A DNA stretch of 64,000 bases. It comes from Lingula anatina. Taxonomy: Eukaryota > Animalia > Brachiopoda. Positions 1 through 13,842 of this stretch are shown here, one piece after another. The notes under the pieces were generated by a model that saw only the letters and a list, made by a program, of their open reading frames with translations, made no database searches and was not told where the DNA came from. The stretch covers positions 845,721 through 909,720 of the forward strand of contig CM120648.1 in NCBI GenBank assembly GCA_051362555.1. Reading direction: 5' to 3'. Both the position numbers and the translations under genes were made by a program. Position 1 is the stretch's first letter. Each line of letters begins with the position of its first letter.

Positions 1-657
1 AATACTTTAAAAATTGTATGAAAAATGGAGTCGGTGAATAAAAGCTTGAAAGCTTTAGACAGTTGTCATTCCTCACTACAACAATTATTTCAAATGATAC
101 TGAAAAACCCATAGCAAGATATGAATATACACTTGAAACTGGGTAAGATTGTCAAGCACTTTATGGAGAATCATGAACGACTGTGAGCAATCACGCTGTA
201 CCTGTCTCTATACCTGACCTGTCACAGTCCATAGCTGTTGTTTCCTGGAACTAGTATGACTATGATATGCCCGACTGAGACTTCAAAGGTTGCTGAAATT
301 ATCTCTTCTCTGGGCTGCGTAATTATGAAACATCATGAAGCCGGAAAAGGCACTTTCAAACTAAAGTCGGCTTCATCTGCAATGACCTTACTTTGTCTGA
401 GCATAATATTATACCAACCAGTACGATTCTAGTGGATTTAAGAACAAATGATCTGACTTATATGAAATTTAAACCAATATCTTGTACAAGTACGTGTATC
501 GATCGCGTGTGAAACTTCCGAGTATTTTTGCATACGCCGCAATTCCTGTGCATATTCAAGATGTCGATGTGTTTTGGTAAAACTGTCAGCTTCAAATTCT
601 CTCATGCATTTGTTCAAATTACAACATTTTGCAAAATATAGGTAATCTGTTACTTAC

Positions 658-712
658 CCTGTTCAGGCAAAAAAGCTACAATAGTCAGAACCAAGAGTTT
701 TAAAGTCAGCAT
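658..712 (-). CDS. First coding exon (signal peptide) of a tandem CAP/SCP-family paralog; rest of gene lies left of the window
   Basis: ATG at 712 gives MLTLKLLVLTIVAFLPEQ(G), then GTAAGT donor (652-657), phase 1. Nearly the same as exon 1 of the 2902-6807 gene (MLTLTLLIVTLAFVPEQ(G)), with homologous 5'UTR and TATA-like TATTAAAG at 776-783. Confidence 0.8.
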
Positions 713-834
713 CTTTTCCTGAACAATTACTCTGAGCTGCTTCACCACAGTGTGCAAATATAGACTTTAACTTGCCTTTAATACGCGCAACAACGGTCAT
801 AGTATTTAGACGCTCTTTCACTTGACGTTGCCTA

Positions 835-842
835 TGACGTCA
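835..842. promoter_or_regulatory. Perfect CRE palindrome TGACGTCA upstream of the CAP paralog
   Basis: TGACGTCA about 50 bp upstream of the TATA-like element; a TGACG half-site also sits at 823-827. Motif match only. Confidence 0.4.
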
Positions 843-917
843 CCCGGATCTACCAATGGAAATTTACCCGATATGCAGAGACGCTAGCTGAAAGGGCAAT
901 TAAGCGACTCTATATGT

Positions 918-1017
918 AATAGACAGACCCCGAGTCAGCGAGGGTTATGTGGCATACACGAATGCGTAGTACGAGTGGATGTTACATAACCCTCGCTGAC
1001 GAGGGATCTATCTTATT
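918..1017. repeat. Stem-loop / inverted repeat
   Basis: Perfect 17-bp stem GTCAGCGAGGGTTATGT (934-950) / ACATAACCCTCGCTGAC (984-1000), with imperfect extension on both sides. Confidence 0.8.
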
Positions 1018-2901
1018 TAGACCACGGGTCCATTAGCGGGTTATAACGCATTCATGCGAGACGTGCGGTTATGCGAGTTACACCACGTCTGGGTCTTTTG
1101 TACTTCACTTCCACCGTGGTCTAAACAGAAAATGAGAAACTTGTCAGAGGATATGACACGCAGGGTGAGGGCTCTGCAAGCGGCTGCTGGATGTCATACT
1201 TTTTTACGCTTTACTGTAATATGCCATTTTACTGTGTTGCATATCACTGATCCGGAGATTAACATAATCTTTAATACATGTATATATGCTTAAAGTTAAT
1301 ACTGACAACAAACTGTTGATATGGTTTTCTTGATGTGTTCTTTTCTTTTGGCTGATATCTTAAGTCAGATTTGATGTTATAATAAATTAGTCAGCATATC
1401 TCACAATAGAAGACTGGATATTTGTATTACTCAATGACATACTTTTTGATCAATAAAGCCAAAAAGTTTAGTGTGCACTCAAACATCAATCAATTGTTAA
1501 AGCACAAATATAGAGTGTGAAATATTCATGAGTTTATGTAGGAAAAATAACGTAAGCTTTTCAACCAGTAGTTAATGAACATACGGGCAAGGTAATAGAT
1601 TTATGTAACAGCTGCGGCACATTTATTGATGAATCAGCAGCAGTGAGCAGCAATCACCTGTCTCCAAACGGTAAAACTTTAAAGGAATTATTAATTTACT
1701 TCTGTTTTGCCTATTCACGAGCCATTGTTCTTTGTGAACTTGGGTTTGGCAGTTTATGCATCTTCAATTAGAAAGTTTTAATTTTCAGTGGCTTGCCAAT
1801 CAATAAGAACGAAGCCTGTCATCCACACATGCACAGCACACGCACTGCACAAAAGGGAATGGTCTCGTTTTCACACTGAACAAAACACAGGGTTTTGTAT
1901 GGTGGCCTTGAATCGTAGACATTTTTATTTGTCGCGTGAAATTTCGTTTTTTTTTTTTTTTTTTTTTTTTTTTGGATTGATTGCATCTGACACGGAGCTA
2001 AGGCTCAAAAGTAACACCATAGTTTGCTTGTTTTCACATAAGATTCCAAATGATAAAAAAGTAAATCCATAATGTTCTCCTTGTTTAAATAATATAAAAT
2101 GAAAATTAAAACAAAATGAACAAAGATGTAAACCGCTTCAAGAAAGTAAGGTTTTTATTCGTTTCTGTTTTAGGAATCAAACTTCAGAAAATTGAAATAA
2201 TATTTTGTAATGAATATTTAAATCATTACAACATCCTTATGTTTTAAATGCCAAAACATTTAGCGCAGCTAACTTTGCAAATTGTTGAAAACTCAGTGCA
2301 GCCTCTACGGCATCTAGTGGTCTTATCAAAATAACCAATGTATGAATTGTAACAGCATAACATTGATAGTTCATTTGACCGTTTGAGTCAAGTTTTATTG
2401 TCAGTTCTTTTTTCTTATATCATCCAAAGAGAAAAAGCAAACCCAAGCTGTATATATCAAGTAACTAACACAGCAGCAAAAAAAGGTCTTATTCTGAGTG
2501 AATGGTTGACAGTGGGGTTTCAGCCGTGGGTACAGATGAACTGTTCAAAACAGGTTAGCTTTATTGTCCAAAATTGGTGTCTAATGGTACCTCGTTGGTA
2601 CCAGCCAAAAATACACAGGTACTAGTACAAGTTATACATGTAATCATCACAAATGCTAATACATCCGATAATCAAGGAATGTCCCTTTTAAATCGTTTAA
2701 TATAAGAGTTAGGAGTCCTCGACGTCATCTGATACAATTTTCATCCTCATGCCTTGCAAGCACCATCACCACGTTATAATTATAAATATAAGATTGATAT
2801 AGTTCTCTTATGCCGAATAGCTTCTGAAACGTCCAGCAGTTATGAACACAGATAATACAACTGCGGCTAGTGTCCATATTTGATTACCTCCCTGCTGCAT
2901 G

Positions 2902-2920
2902 TTAACGTGCACCTGTAAAA

Positions 2921-2969
<49 letters not shown>

Positions 2970-3275
2970 GGTAGAGCACTATATGTTAGTGATATAGCTG
3001 GACCGGCATGAGAGAATGATAACCTACATGTATAATTACCTGGCTATTAGATAATAGATGCACGGTGACCCCCCCCCCTTTTTTTTCGTAAGTAAACACA
3101 AAACAAATTGAACTTGACTGCGTGGCTGAATCTCTAAAAAAAATCCAAATACTCACATTTTTTTCTGGTTTTGCTGAACTTGCGGCCTTGGTTATTGTAA
3201 TGACGAAAAAACAGTTTAAATAACACCTGAAAATGTGCACGTGTATGTGTGCACGTGTATGTGTATGTGTATGTG

Positions 3276-3314
<39 letters not shown>

Positions 3315-5135
3315 GTCCAATGCTGTGTACCAACAATAACTAACCACACAAACCTAACCACAGAGGTTGTTCTTGCACTCTCCGGTGTTGCACTTGGAGC
3401 AGCTTGGTCCTGCAATGTATGGTTTAGTTCCCATCCAGTTTCCTCTGGAAAATAAAACATAGCAAAACTGGAGAACACTTTGATAACGCAGACCTCCGCC
3501 AAGAAAAAAAAACGTTTTGTATACCTATACCTCATTGATAATATAACGCTGCATTTTTAAATCCTTAGCATGTTGATTTTTTAGGCAATATCACTGTAAT
3601 ATGTACTTTTTTGTTCTTCACAAATTATCGTTTTTACATTCATTGTGTCAATATTTGGAATTATCAAAACAATTGATTGGTAATAAAGCTTCATTCGATA
3701 AAGAGAGAGAAAGGAAAACTAAAGAAAAATTCTGCTTATTCACACTCACGCGGGTGAATATCTGCAGACGACATAATACCACGTGGGAAAGTCTGAGCCA
3801 AATGGTGAATTCTTGGTGCACTTCTTTATACCACAGCCAACTTTGCTAGTATCAGCCCACACGACCTTAATGAAAGAACAAATGTCATGGAAACATTCTT
3901 AATTTTGCAGAAAAATCAGAACCCCATATGTTCGCATCATGTTGAATAATATCGCTACATGTAGGTGTAGGAGAAAATGGCGTGCTTGTGTACCACCAAA
4001 CAAATATACATGTACGGCGCCATTTTGACGGCACAATGTCGCTCTGACGTCGCAGTGTGACACCATTATGACATCGTACTGAGTTTTACAGCTGATACAT
4101 TCACAAACAATGAGCAATATATTTCACATCTAACACATTGTCTGTCTAGTTAAGTCTCTGATTGATCCTTAATCCTAGTGAAAAATGAAAATGTAACGCT
4201 CATTTAACAGCTCTTGTACTTCCTAGCTTCCTTAAAAGCTTAAATATCCCGTGGTGTTAACACAATTATCTTGCAAGGACTATCTCGCTTATACCTATTG
4301 TGTGACAATCTATCACTTTTATCCAAACACTCTCTGATTTTGCGGGAACTTAAGTTGTCTAAATATGAAATTTATAAACTTTACGGTGTGTATATACTAA
4401 TTAAGATATACAATTAAGTGTGCAATTGTGAATACGTTAATCACTGTCATTCGCTGCAAATGTTTCATTCAATACTCTTTGCGGTGTAAAAGGCAGTTTG
4501 TAGACGGTTCTAGAGCGTGCAACACCAGAAATAAATATATCTCTGGAAAGCTGTTGAAAATCTTTTCTCCTCGAGCCTGGAAAACACCTGTCAAACAATA
4601 CGACAAGGGTGACAACTCAACCGTGTTTCAAGTGTTTCAAGTCCTGTTTCAGAATGTTCTTACCTGTGTATAATGTCCACAACTTTCAAAAGGAGGAGGG
4701 TTGCAGGAGTTGGAGGACAAGGAAAACCACTGTTTCTCACTGTCCCAGCTGTCTACGGCCTCCGTTGGCCCAGGATAGTTGGAGGATGTATACAGATTCT
4801 CACCGTCAGCCACTGTGCTGTGGCCCCAGCCGCATCCTTCAGCCCAGGACTGCGCCCCTGCAGCAAGACCGTCGTCCCACGTCTGAAATTTAGTTTTATT
4901 TATTTTTTATCTAGTAGTGTACCTTGGAACCTGTCTAAACTTCTACCCAACATATTTGTCCATATTGACACGAGATACATGTAAATTGGTAGTATTGAAA
5001 TAAATCGAAATCGGAAAAAAATTCACTCGCTTTATTTGGATCAACTTTTATGTAGGCTACTTCAACTCTGTCTTCATTTGCAGCCTTCATAAAGATGTTG
5101 CTTAAATGTACATGGGATACACAGTGTTAGTAGCA

Positions 5136-5166
<31 letters not shown>

Positions 5167-5930
5167 CGTGCGTGTTTGAACCTACATGCATGTGTGTAAA
5201 TCTTACCAATCTAGTCATCGAAGCAGCGGATGGACTGACTGAACTCCGCTTGGAATTGTGGCTGTCCAGCATCTGCTGTTTTTCAGCGTCTGACAATCCG
5301 TTGTCACCTCTCTTGACGAGAGCGGAAAGTGCTTCAAGAAACAAACGAGCCATTATACTAAAAGTTATGCAAAGACAATTAAAGTGTGAAGTAGGTATAG
5401 TAATCTGACCGAAAAATAGCTCGAAAATGTTTGCCTTTATCTGCTTACATTTTTCGTTCACAAGACGAAATACATTCAAATTGTTGCAGAAGCTAAAAAG
5501 AGAGGAATAAATAAATAAATATAAACCTTTTGAAAAGCCGCGGTTTGCACAGTTTTTTGCTCTTGGGCTAAACTTAAATGACCTTGGTCACCTTCACGTG
5601 CGAGGATTACCAAAATGAAAGGTTATTTCTCAGTAGTGCAAGCAGTACACATTCATCTCTAACTCAAATATGGATAAATGTACCTGCACAAATATTAGTT
5701 ACAAAATCGGCACATTTTCCTGTTATAGTTATGATAATTAAGTCAAAACGAATGCTGGTATAGGCATTTAACTGTCCGTCCTTTCGAATAAAATGAAATA
5801 ATGCAAGCAATTTGTATATGTGATATTATATGGAAACAGATAAGATAGCTGCGGGTGCCAGACAAAACAATTTTGTCAATTTTAATTGCAAGATAAAGGA
5901 AATAGATAGAGATAATTGAACAATCAGTTC

Positions 5931-5968
<38 letters not shown>

Positions 5969-6807
5969 ATTTTGACAATTTTAAATCTCGTATCCCAGGA
6001 ATTTGTTTCCCCTCCTGACAAATGACATAATTAAAACACTTAAAACTTTGCATTTGTATGCAACCTTTACATCTGACATGTAAGAGAGTCAAATATATGT
6101 GTAACTTGTCATGTTTTTCGTTATTGAATCTGTTTAAGGGTGATTTAATGGCTGTTTTAATTTAAATAGAATTTACTATTAAAGTGCGCGCAATCAAATA
6201 TTTTTGTTCCGCAAACTTCCGCCAGTGAATACTTAACTGTACGGCGTATCTTTGACGAGTTTTTTTAATTCTTTTAAAATAATAAATTGATTTTGTTGTG
6301 TTTGATTTCGTTTTTCTCATTGTGTAAGTGTGGATAACAACATTGTATACAGATTCAGTTGTATTAAGAGCTTCTCACGCTCTATTCCACATACATTTCT
6401 AAATATTCACGGCATTCATATTATGACATGACAATTATCATTGACAGTCCGTTTTGAAGTGAATTAATATAAACACTAAGGAGTATATGTATATGCTTTG
6501 ACACTGTAAAGAATAACCAGTGGACCTAGGCACAAACCAAATAATTTATTTTAAAAGAAGAAATGTAGAGTTTATCTTCTGAAGATCATTTACTTTACTT
6601 CGTGCTGTTTTAAAAAAAGTAAAAATTCTCAAGTTTGAGAGCCTTAATTTCTACACATATTTAAAAAGCCAATGTGGGTTTGTAAAACGAACGAGTAGTT
6701 TCCAATAGAGACACGAAAATGTTTAAATTCCGACAATCTGTCCGTTCTGACTTACCCTGTTCAGGCACAAACGCTAGGGTCACAATCAGCAGTGTTAGAG
6801 TCAACAT
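2902..6807 (-). CDS. CAP/SCP superfamily secreted protein (PI16/GLIPR/CRISP-like)
   Basis: Exons 6807-6756, 5331-5207, 4882-4664, 3865-3750, 3444-3359, 2912-2902; all GT-AG with matching phases. Motifs: signal peptide, LDSHNSKRSSVSPSAASM, WDDGLAAGAQSWAEGC..GENL, WDSEK, CGHYTQVVWADTSKVGCG, VVCRYSPAGN..PY..G..CSKC..CKNNLC. The tiny last exon (GAR*) is the least certain. Confidence 0.93.
2922..2968. repeat. (ATT)n microsatellite
   Basis: Read directly from sequence. Confidence 0.95.
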
Positions 6808-6876
6808 TTTCTTCTGATGAACAAATGTTTCTGTTGTCCGCTTCCGCACTGTGCGACTATGGGCTGTTGCACTTGA

Positions 6877-6884
6877 CTTTTATA
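6877..6884 (-). promoter_or_regulatory. TATA box of CAP gene
   Basis: TATAAAAG on the minus strand about 70 bp upstream of the ATG; position is conserved in the paralog. Confidence 0.65.
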
Positions 6885-7060
6885 CACGAAACGACCTTCA
6901 CAAAGCTGCCGCACCCCTCGTATGCATGCGTGTACATGTATCTATACATGTATTATACTTATGCCATGGTTCGTCTTTAATGTGAATATGTAGCATTTGT
7001 TATTAATATTCAAGTAATGTCGCATATTGACTTATGGTAACATTGAATGTTGGCGTGCGA

Positions 7061-7068
7061 GCGCGCGC

Positions 7069-7130
<62 letters not shown>
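7061..7130. repeat. Compound microsatellite (GC)11(GT)8(GA)n
   Basis: Read directly from sequence. Confidence 0.95.
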
Positions 7131-7134
<4 letters not shown>

Positions 7135-8655
7135 AAGAGCTTGTGCTAGTTCGTTTGCTCCATTTGAACCACTTATTGAAAGAAAAAAATGAGTATCATG
7201 CGGTAGTGCTTACGGAAGAGAATATCCATATCACTATTAATAGAATGACGTTCAAAAACGAGAGAAAACAGACGCGATGAATGTATATATGTCAGCAGCA
7301 AGGAGAAGGTCAAAATCATTAATTGAGGACTATTTATTACGCACCTGGGATTAAACTTATAGCCATCAAAGGCAGAAAAAAGTATATCAGCGTCACGGTT
7401 TTCACAATACTCGTTTTGAAATATTAGAAAATCACCAAAGAGTTTGTGACGTGGACCCGAGCGGTATAACATACAAGTACAGAAAACCATAGGAAATCAA
7501 GAGAAAGTGAAATCACGAAAATTAAAAGAGGATTGGTTCAGCGAAAACAGGTTTAAAAAACAAAGAAATAATTTTTTCATCGATCTGCAGCTGATATTGA
7601 CAACGCTGTACAATTCTAATATTTCAATGTCTGTCTACAAAGATTCTTCCGTGGGGTATGAGGCTAACCAGGTGAAAAAAACTCTTTACAGGAAATACTA
7701 GTATACCCTTGTAGGCCCTACTTGTCAGGTTTTAGCTATTGTACAACAGGGTAGCACGCTTCGACTGTGCGAAATATTCAAGAGTCCTAGTAGAAAACCT
7801 AATGGATAAGCCGTTGGAACGTTGCTGCGACGATTCTAGTTGAGACACATAAAGCGGCAAGTCAACAGTAATAAATAGTAAATACTGGTACCTAGCACAA
7901 ATGGGTGAAATTATTCCAATAATATTATGCGCATTTATACCTAATTGTTGGTGATAAAGGAACCGTCATCAAGCAGCCGCATGTGGTTGTCTTGAACTGG
8001 GAACCAATTAAACCATAAATTTCCTTCCTCGCCACAAATACACGTACATAACAGGAGCCTTTGTCAAATACTTCATCTGGTTGGGTAAAGAACCGGTACT
8101 TGGGGAGTTGAACTCCTTTATTGTGTCACCATTCAGCAAGATAACAGTTTTTTTTTTCAAACTTCATTCTTTGTGAAGTCAAAGCCTCATTCTGCATGTC
8201 TAGTCTGACATGTGCCCAATACTCTGTCTTCTTTCAATAAATCGGGGACATTTCATGTACGCCCCCAATATCTTGGTACCCTTTAATTGTAAAAATTGAA
8301 AATTTGCAACAAAACTAAATCAGAACTTAATATTGAATATCTGAAAGTACCAGTAGTTTCACAAGACATTTTACTTTCTTGAATATTCAGTTAATTGTGT
8401 TGCATTCGATTTGTTTTCAACATGAACACCGTTGCGCCATAAACGTGCCGAAAAAGACTTCGCATAGAGTTATTAGTGTTAAGCGCACACATGTAAAATC
8501 AATTATTTTATGAAATTGCTTTTGATGTACTAAAATTGGAATGATTTTTGGCGAAGAAAGTATAACTGTAAATATTTGGTATAATATTTGCTTTCTCCAG
8601 AGGAAATAATCTCTTTCTCCTTTCGTTTATGTGAATAAGTGTTAGTCTAAAAATA

Positions 8656-8809
8656 CCAGGGCTCCGTAACGCGAAAGCATCGCGAATTTCGACCGAGCGC
8701 AAGCGGCTCTATTCCATAACTCGGCATTTACTCGCCCCATATAATAGCCTCAAAATGAAAGGTGATATCGCTATCGCAATTCGCGATGCGTTCGAGTTAT
8801 GGCGCCCAG
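8656..8809. mobile_element. Small MITE-like element with ~30-bp imperfect TIRs
   Basis: GGGCTCCGTAACGCGAAAGCATCGCGAATT versus the reverse complement of the right end, GGGCGCCATAACTCGAACGCATCGCGAATT. Confidence 0.6.
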
Positions 8810-8842
8810 TACTGTTTATACAGTCAGTTCACTATGTTGGTC

Positions 8843-11800
8843 CTAATTCTCCTCCCATCCACTAATGTCCATATCAACATAGCGGTAAAATTTCAGGTTC
8901 TGGTCGCTGGGCAGTGATTGGTCACTCCCGAACCGGACTCCCATCAAATCACAACTTGTTGGAATATTCCCTCTGACATAACCGGGCGTTGCCCAGGCAA
9001 CACAATCCGGGCGACAGTGGCACTCACGACCGCATTTCAGGGACCCTGTCACCGTGAGTTGGCCGAGGTGTGTCGTAGCGTTCGCTGTCTGCCATGTTGT
9101 TGACATGTCTTCCATTTTCTGGTACGTTGAACCAAGCGTGCACGCGGTTTTCTGGTGGAATTTCCCCGCCCAAAGTCGCACGCGAACGTCTGCTTGAGTT
9201 GATAATTGGATGGATTGGTTGCCTGCATTCACGAAAAAAATAATGTATTTTAGAAATGTTATATAACTATAAATCGATGACATGATTGTATTGTTCCCCA
9301 AAACATTTGATAAATGTTTGAAGACACATTTACAGTAACATAAAACGAAATCGTCGTTTACAGATGTCACATTATCAGACTTGTCTCACAAAATCTTTTT
9401 TCACATTTTCTCATCCCTGCTTCCTTTCATTAAACTTGCAAATTTTTAAGCACACTGGTCAATTTTGCAAATGACATTACTGTTACGACAAAAGAACTAC
9501 CGGTGTGACAGGAATGGATGTCCGCTAGGAACCTTAGTCCGTTCCCCATTACTTTGTACAGGTGACATTCGTCCCATATGCTTACACCAAAACTCCGCCT
9601 AACCCTAACCTATACTAATCATATGGGAGCCTGGACTTCCATTCCTAGGACTACCATTCCTGTCACGCCGGTCTTAACCCGGCTTTTCTCTATGCCAGTA
9701 ATGAGGGCATCTCACCTCCTAAATCCATGATTCGCACAATGGACGCTGTGCCAGTCAAGTCAGGTGAAGGCGTCCACAGACGCACGGAGTTCTTGCCATA
9801 AGCGAAGACCACTCCCCCAAGCTGCGGCTTCTGTGTCGGGGTCAGACCATCGTTCTCAGCTGTTCCAATGGCATTGAATATGTAGCCTAAAACCCAGATA
9901 ATGGGGTAACTGGCATCAGTATAAGCTTTGTATCGACACATTTGCCATTATTAGGAAAAGTTGCCCACAGATGAAATACCAAAGTTACCTCAGAAACAAT
10001 TCAACGTTGATTTGTTAAAGGGTTCGTGTTGAAGTGAACTATTTGATACTTACATGTATCTTTGAATACTTTATAGAGCTCACCTTGATTATCGCCATCT
10101 ATCGCTTTGTACTGAACCAGGGCAAAGCGCGGGAGATATCCCATGCCCACGTGCAACTCCATGTAGTCCTCCTTCTGTGATTGGTCCCATCGAAACCAGC
10201 CGCTGTCGTAGGTGCCCAGACCAGTGCTGTCGAAGTCTGCCCACACGTAAATTTCTACATCGGCTGAGGTTCTGGCCACGTTGTTTCTGAAGAACATAAA
10301 AAGCCGTTGCAACCGTAATAGAGAGTGTTGGCACTGGGGCCAAGGATTTTTAACCTCTGATGTCCCCCCTCCCTATTGACCGATCCGCAAGTTGCGTCTA
10401 CGTTGAGGATTATGTCATGTCCATAGTTTTAGTAAATTGATTTTTTGTCTGATGGACTGAGGGAAATGACAATGCAAACATTTCATCAAAATGACCCATT
10501 TGCTTTCAATAATATCTTGGGAAGGGGCACACTACTTTCCACCAAGGTCACCGATTGATTTTTAACTAATTTTCCACAGATATGTATCTGACTTATTAAT
10601 ATCACAAATTTCTGCTGTCACACTGGAGAAAAGCGCCCATATTTAATCTGCTGCCGTGATAGAGGGGAGCCACCCACTCCAGCCAGCCTAACCCTCTGCT
10701 CTTACTCACTTGTTCTTTCCCCAACCGTCAGAGACACCCATCACAAACATTCCCGTCCACATCCGTATACTGCTGGCATTGTAACCGTAAAGGAGGCCCA
10801 GGTAGGCGTTATAGCTTTGGGGTCCTTTGCTCATCATCTGAGAGCCGATACCTTCAAATACAAAACCTGAAACACAAAATCAGCATATCAGCAATGTTAT
10901 TTACAAAACTTTCATAATGCCTTGTCCCCCCCCCCTTTTTTTATCTTTTATTTTTATTTATTTATTTTATTTTATTTTATTTTTTTTTTGCTGCTGTTGT
11001 TATTATTATTAATATTATTATTGAATATTTTTGCTTTCATAATCATATACATGTAGAAGGACATAATGCATTATTTCTGTTACATTATATCTTGGACCTA
11101 AATAGAGAAAGCCTTCTCTATTTAGGTCCAAGATTATATGTACATTTTCAACTGAACATGCAGTTGCATAAGTGTTGAAGTTAACTGTAATCTAAGACGT
11201 GCTGTTACGCAAGCAAAAAAAAAAGACAAAAAAATTTACGAACACGTTGTTCGCATAGATTCGGATACGAAATTTGTGCAAACTGTCCAGTGTCATGATT
11301 TCAAAATGGCACCACCGTGACGTTAAAATAACACCGTAACTTTAACATGACGTCACAACTCGACATGACGTAGTGTGACGCCAGGAATACAAACCTCCAT
11401 GTGTTTCGTCGTCCGGGATCACAGCTCTGGCAAGCACATACACAGGTGTGGCGCCTAGAGTGTGGGTGACCTCCTTAAACTCGTACCTCGAAATGTTCGT
11501 GCGGATGACTTCGCTGGCAGTGTAGAAGGATTTCTCCAGCCAGGCAAGAACCTGAGGATATGTAATGCATATGCAAGATTGTGGAAGTTCTACACGTATG
11601 TTGGGCGGTTTTCCCTGATGGCCATACCCCCCAAAAAAAAAAAAAATCATAAAAGTGACCGACACCAGACAAAACCGAGTGCCGTTTCCTCTCTGTAGTA
11701 ACTCTATGGAAAACTGGCATTAAATATCATACTTGATATTTTTCAGGATAACGATGTACATCATCCTCGTTGTTTAGCTATTTTAAAAAAGCTTTCCTTA

Positions 11801-13651
11801 CTGATACTAAAATGTAACTAAAAGCAAAATTAGCCACTCTCAGAGATAAATGTATGAGAGAGTTCAAGGTATAGCTGGTATCATTCTCACGTTTACCTTA
11901 AACTCTGCTGTTTTTGACGCCTGCGCATTCGTAGAATCATTTCCTCCCCATAATCCTCCAACATAGATGGCGTAATTGTCGCCGGGGTTGAAGTTATTTA
12001 TGGTCGGTAGCCATATTCTCACTACGTCATTGTTGTAAGCATACGCCGGTCCACTACGGGGTTGGCCTGTGAAAAATAAAATTCAAAAATAAAGAAATCA
12101 AACTGAGGCCTGGCACATGTTTGAAACAATAATATGTAGTGCGTACTAGCATGTGTGTGGTCGACATTTAAATATTCATGAAGTAGGTAGGCCCCCTGCT
12201 GATAGGACCATTTTTTGGCAATCCACTTCAGACGATTGGCAGTGTCGTTTGGTTATTTTTATATTTATATTTTTATCAAGCAATTTCACATTTAGTTATC
12301 CCAGCTTCGAGGCTCTGTAGTAGCACACGTGACGTACTAGTACTCGATAGACCAGACTTTTTATGAACGGAGTGTTTTGTAACGTGGCCCTGTGCCGTGT
12401 ATAATACAGACGTGGCAAGCTGGCAAAAGGCTAACCAAAGCAGGCTTTGAAGATTATAACGGCACAAAGTACATGTAGGCCTCAGATAAACATTTTTTCT
12501 AAATGGGTTAATTTTTTTTAGAGTCTGCTTGTGGGGGATTTCTTAACGCATGCAGGAAGAAAATCTCTAGATATTAATTTGTAATTTGGCGGGAAATTCT
12601 ATGGCCTGTATCTTGTACCCCTTTTGATCTAGATTTTCATTACACCCACTCTTCAACATTAGGAAATTAGATATAACATCAATAACCACTACTCTGTGTT
12701 ATTTACACAGCGAAACATATTTGTGGCGTCGAAACATCGATTAGTCTTCCAGTTTCATCTAGAACAAGTATTTATGCTTTTCCACTGTATATGGCATACA
12801 GCAAAGTTGTGTGAAGAAAAGGTATAGCGATTTTATGTTCTATTAAATGAGGAAATAACTGGAATGGAGTCAACAACGAGCTGAGGAAAAAATAAAATGA
12901 AAAAGGTAAATAGCTGACACGTAATAAATCTCTTAAGAGACGTAACCCCCCTAACCCCCCCTCGCCCCAATTTACATTATTAATGCTATTTTCATTGTCA
13001 GTTTATTCAATTTCATTACTTTGTACAAATATTGCAGACGAAATTTGATCATGTGTTTAAAAAACAATACATGAAAGAAATACAGAATTTCAGGTGCCAA
13101 TCGCCATTAATCTTATTAAAAAGTTAAGGAGAAAACATGTTTAATGAAATGCAAAATGAAATGGCTGTTTCTATTCCAGAGGGAAGTTACAGTTTTGGTG
13201 TATGTTGACTTATGTATGTTTTCCAGTGCCGCGCAGGTGGTTTGTTGTTCAGACAAATCATAATATGGTAATTAAAAGGTCTCTGTTTTTTCAGCGTCAA
13301 GAAACTTTAACCTTTCACCTTCATATGCCGTTGTCTTGGGAACACATCGGAAGGGGGGAGGTCAAGGTCTATCAATATTGTGAAAACAAAAATGGTATCG
13401 ACATTTGCAATGGGCTATAATTCATTGCATATAATTTTCAGAGACACTCGTAAAACATGTTCACAGAAATATTTTCACACGGATAACAATCAAAGAAAAA
13501 TTCGCACGAATTGATCCTGTCTAAAATGTTGATACTTGGCCTTTTAATTTGTTGACAGATTTCATTTATCGATTCTATTCGTTTGTAACAGAACTATTAT
13601 ATTACGAAAAGGAAAATCATCATATGGTAATTACCATAAGTCAAGGACAGT

Positions 13652-13690
<39 letters not shown>

Positions 13691-13806
13691 CCTTACCAAA
13701 ATCGTCATCTCCCTGGGATGTTCCAGTTCCCTCAAATATAAACCCTTTATGGTTCCCGTCTATTGCTCTGCCTAGGACCTGGAAGGAAAACAAATATAGT
13801 CAATAC

Positions 13807-13842
<36 letters not shown>

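Noticed and set aside
7960-8140. Possible tRNA-derived SINE or tRNA gene (B-box-like GTTCAACTCC on the minus strand)
   Set aside because: No cloverleaf, weak A-box spacing, and no second copy in the window.
9597-9611. Telomere-like CCTAACCCTAACC
   Set aside because: Only about two units, internal to a MITE.
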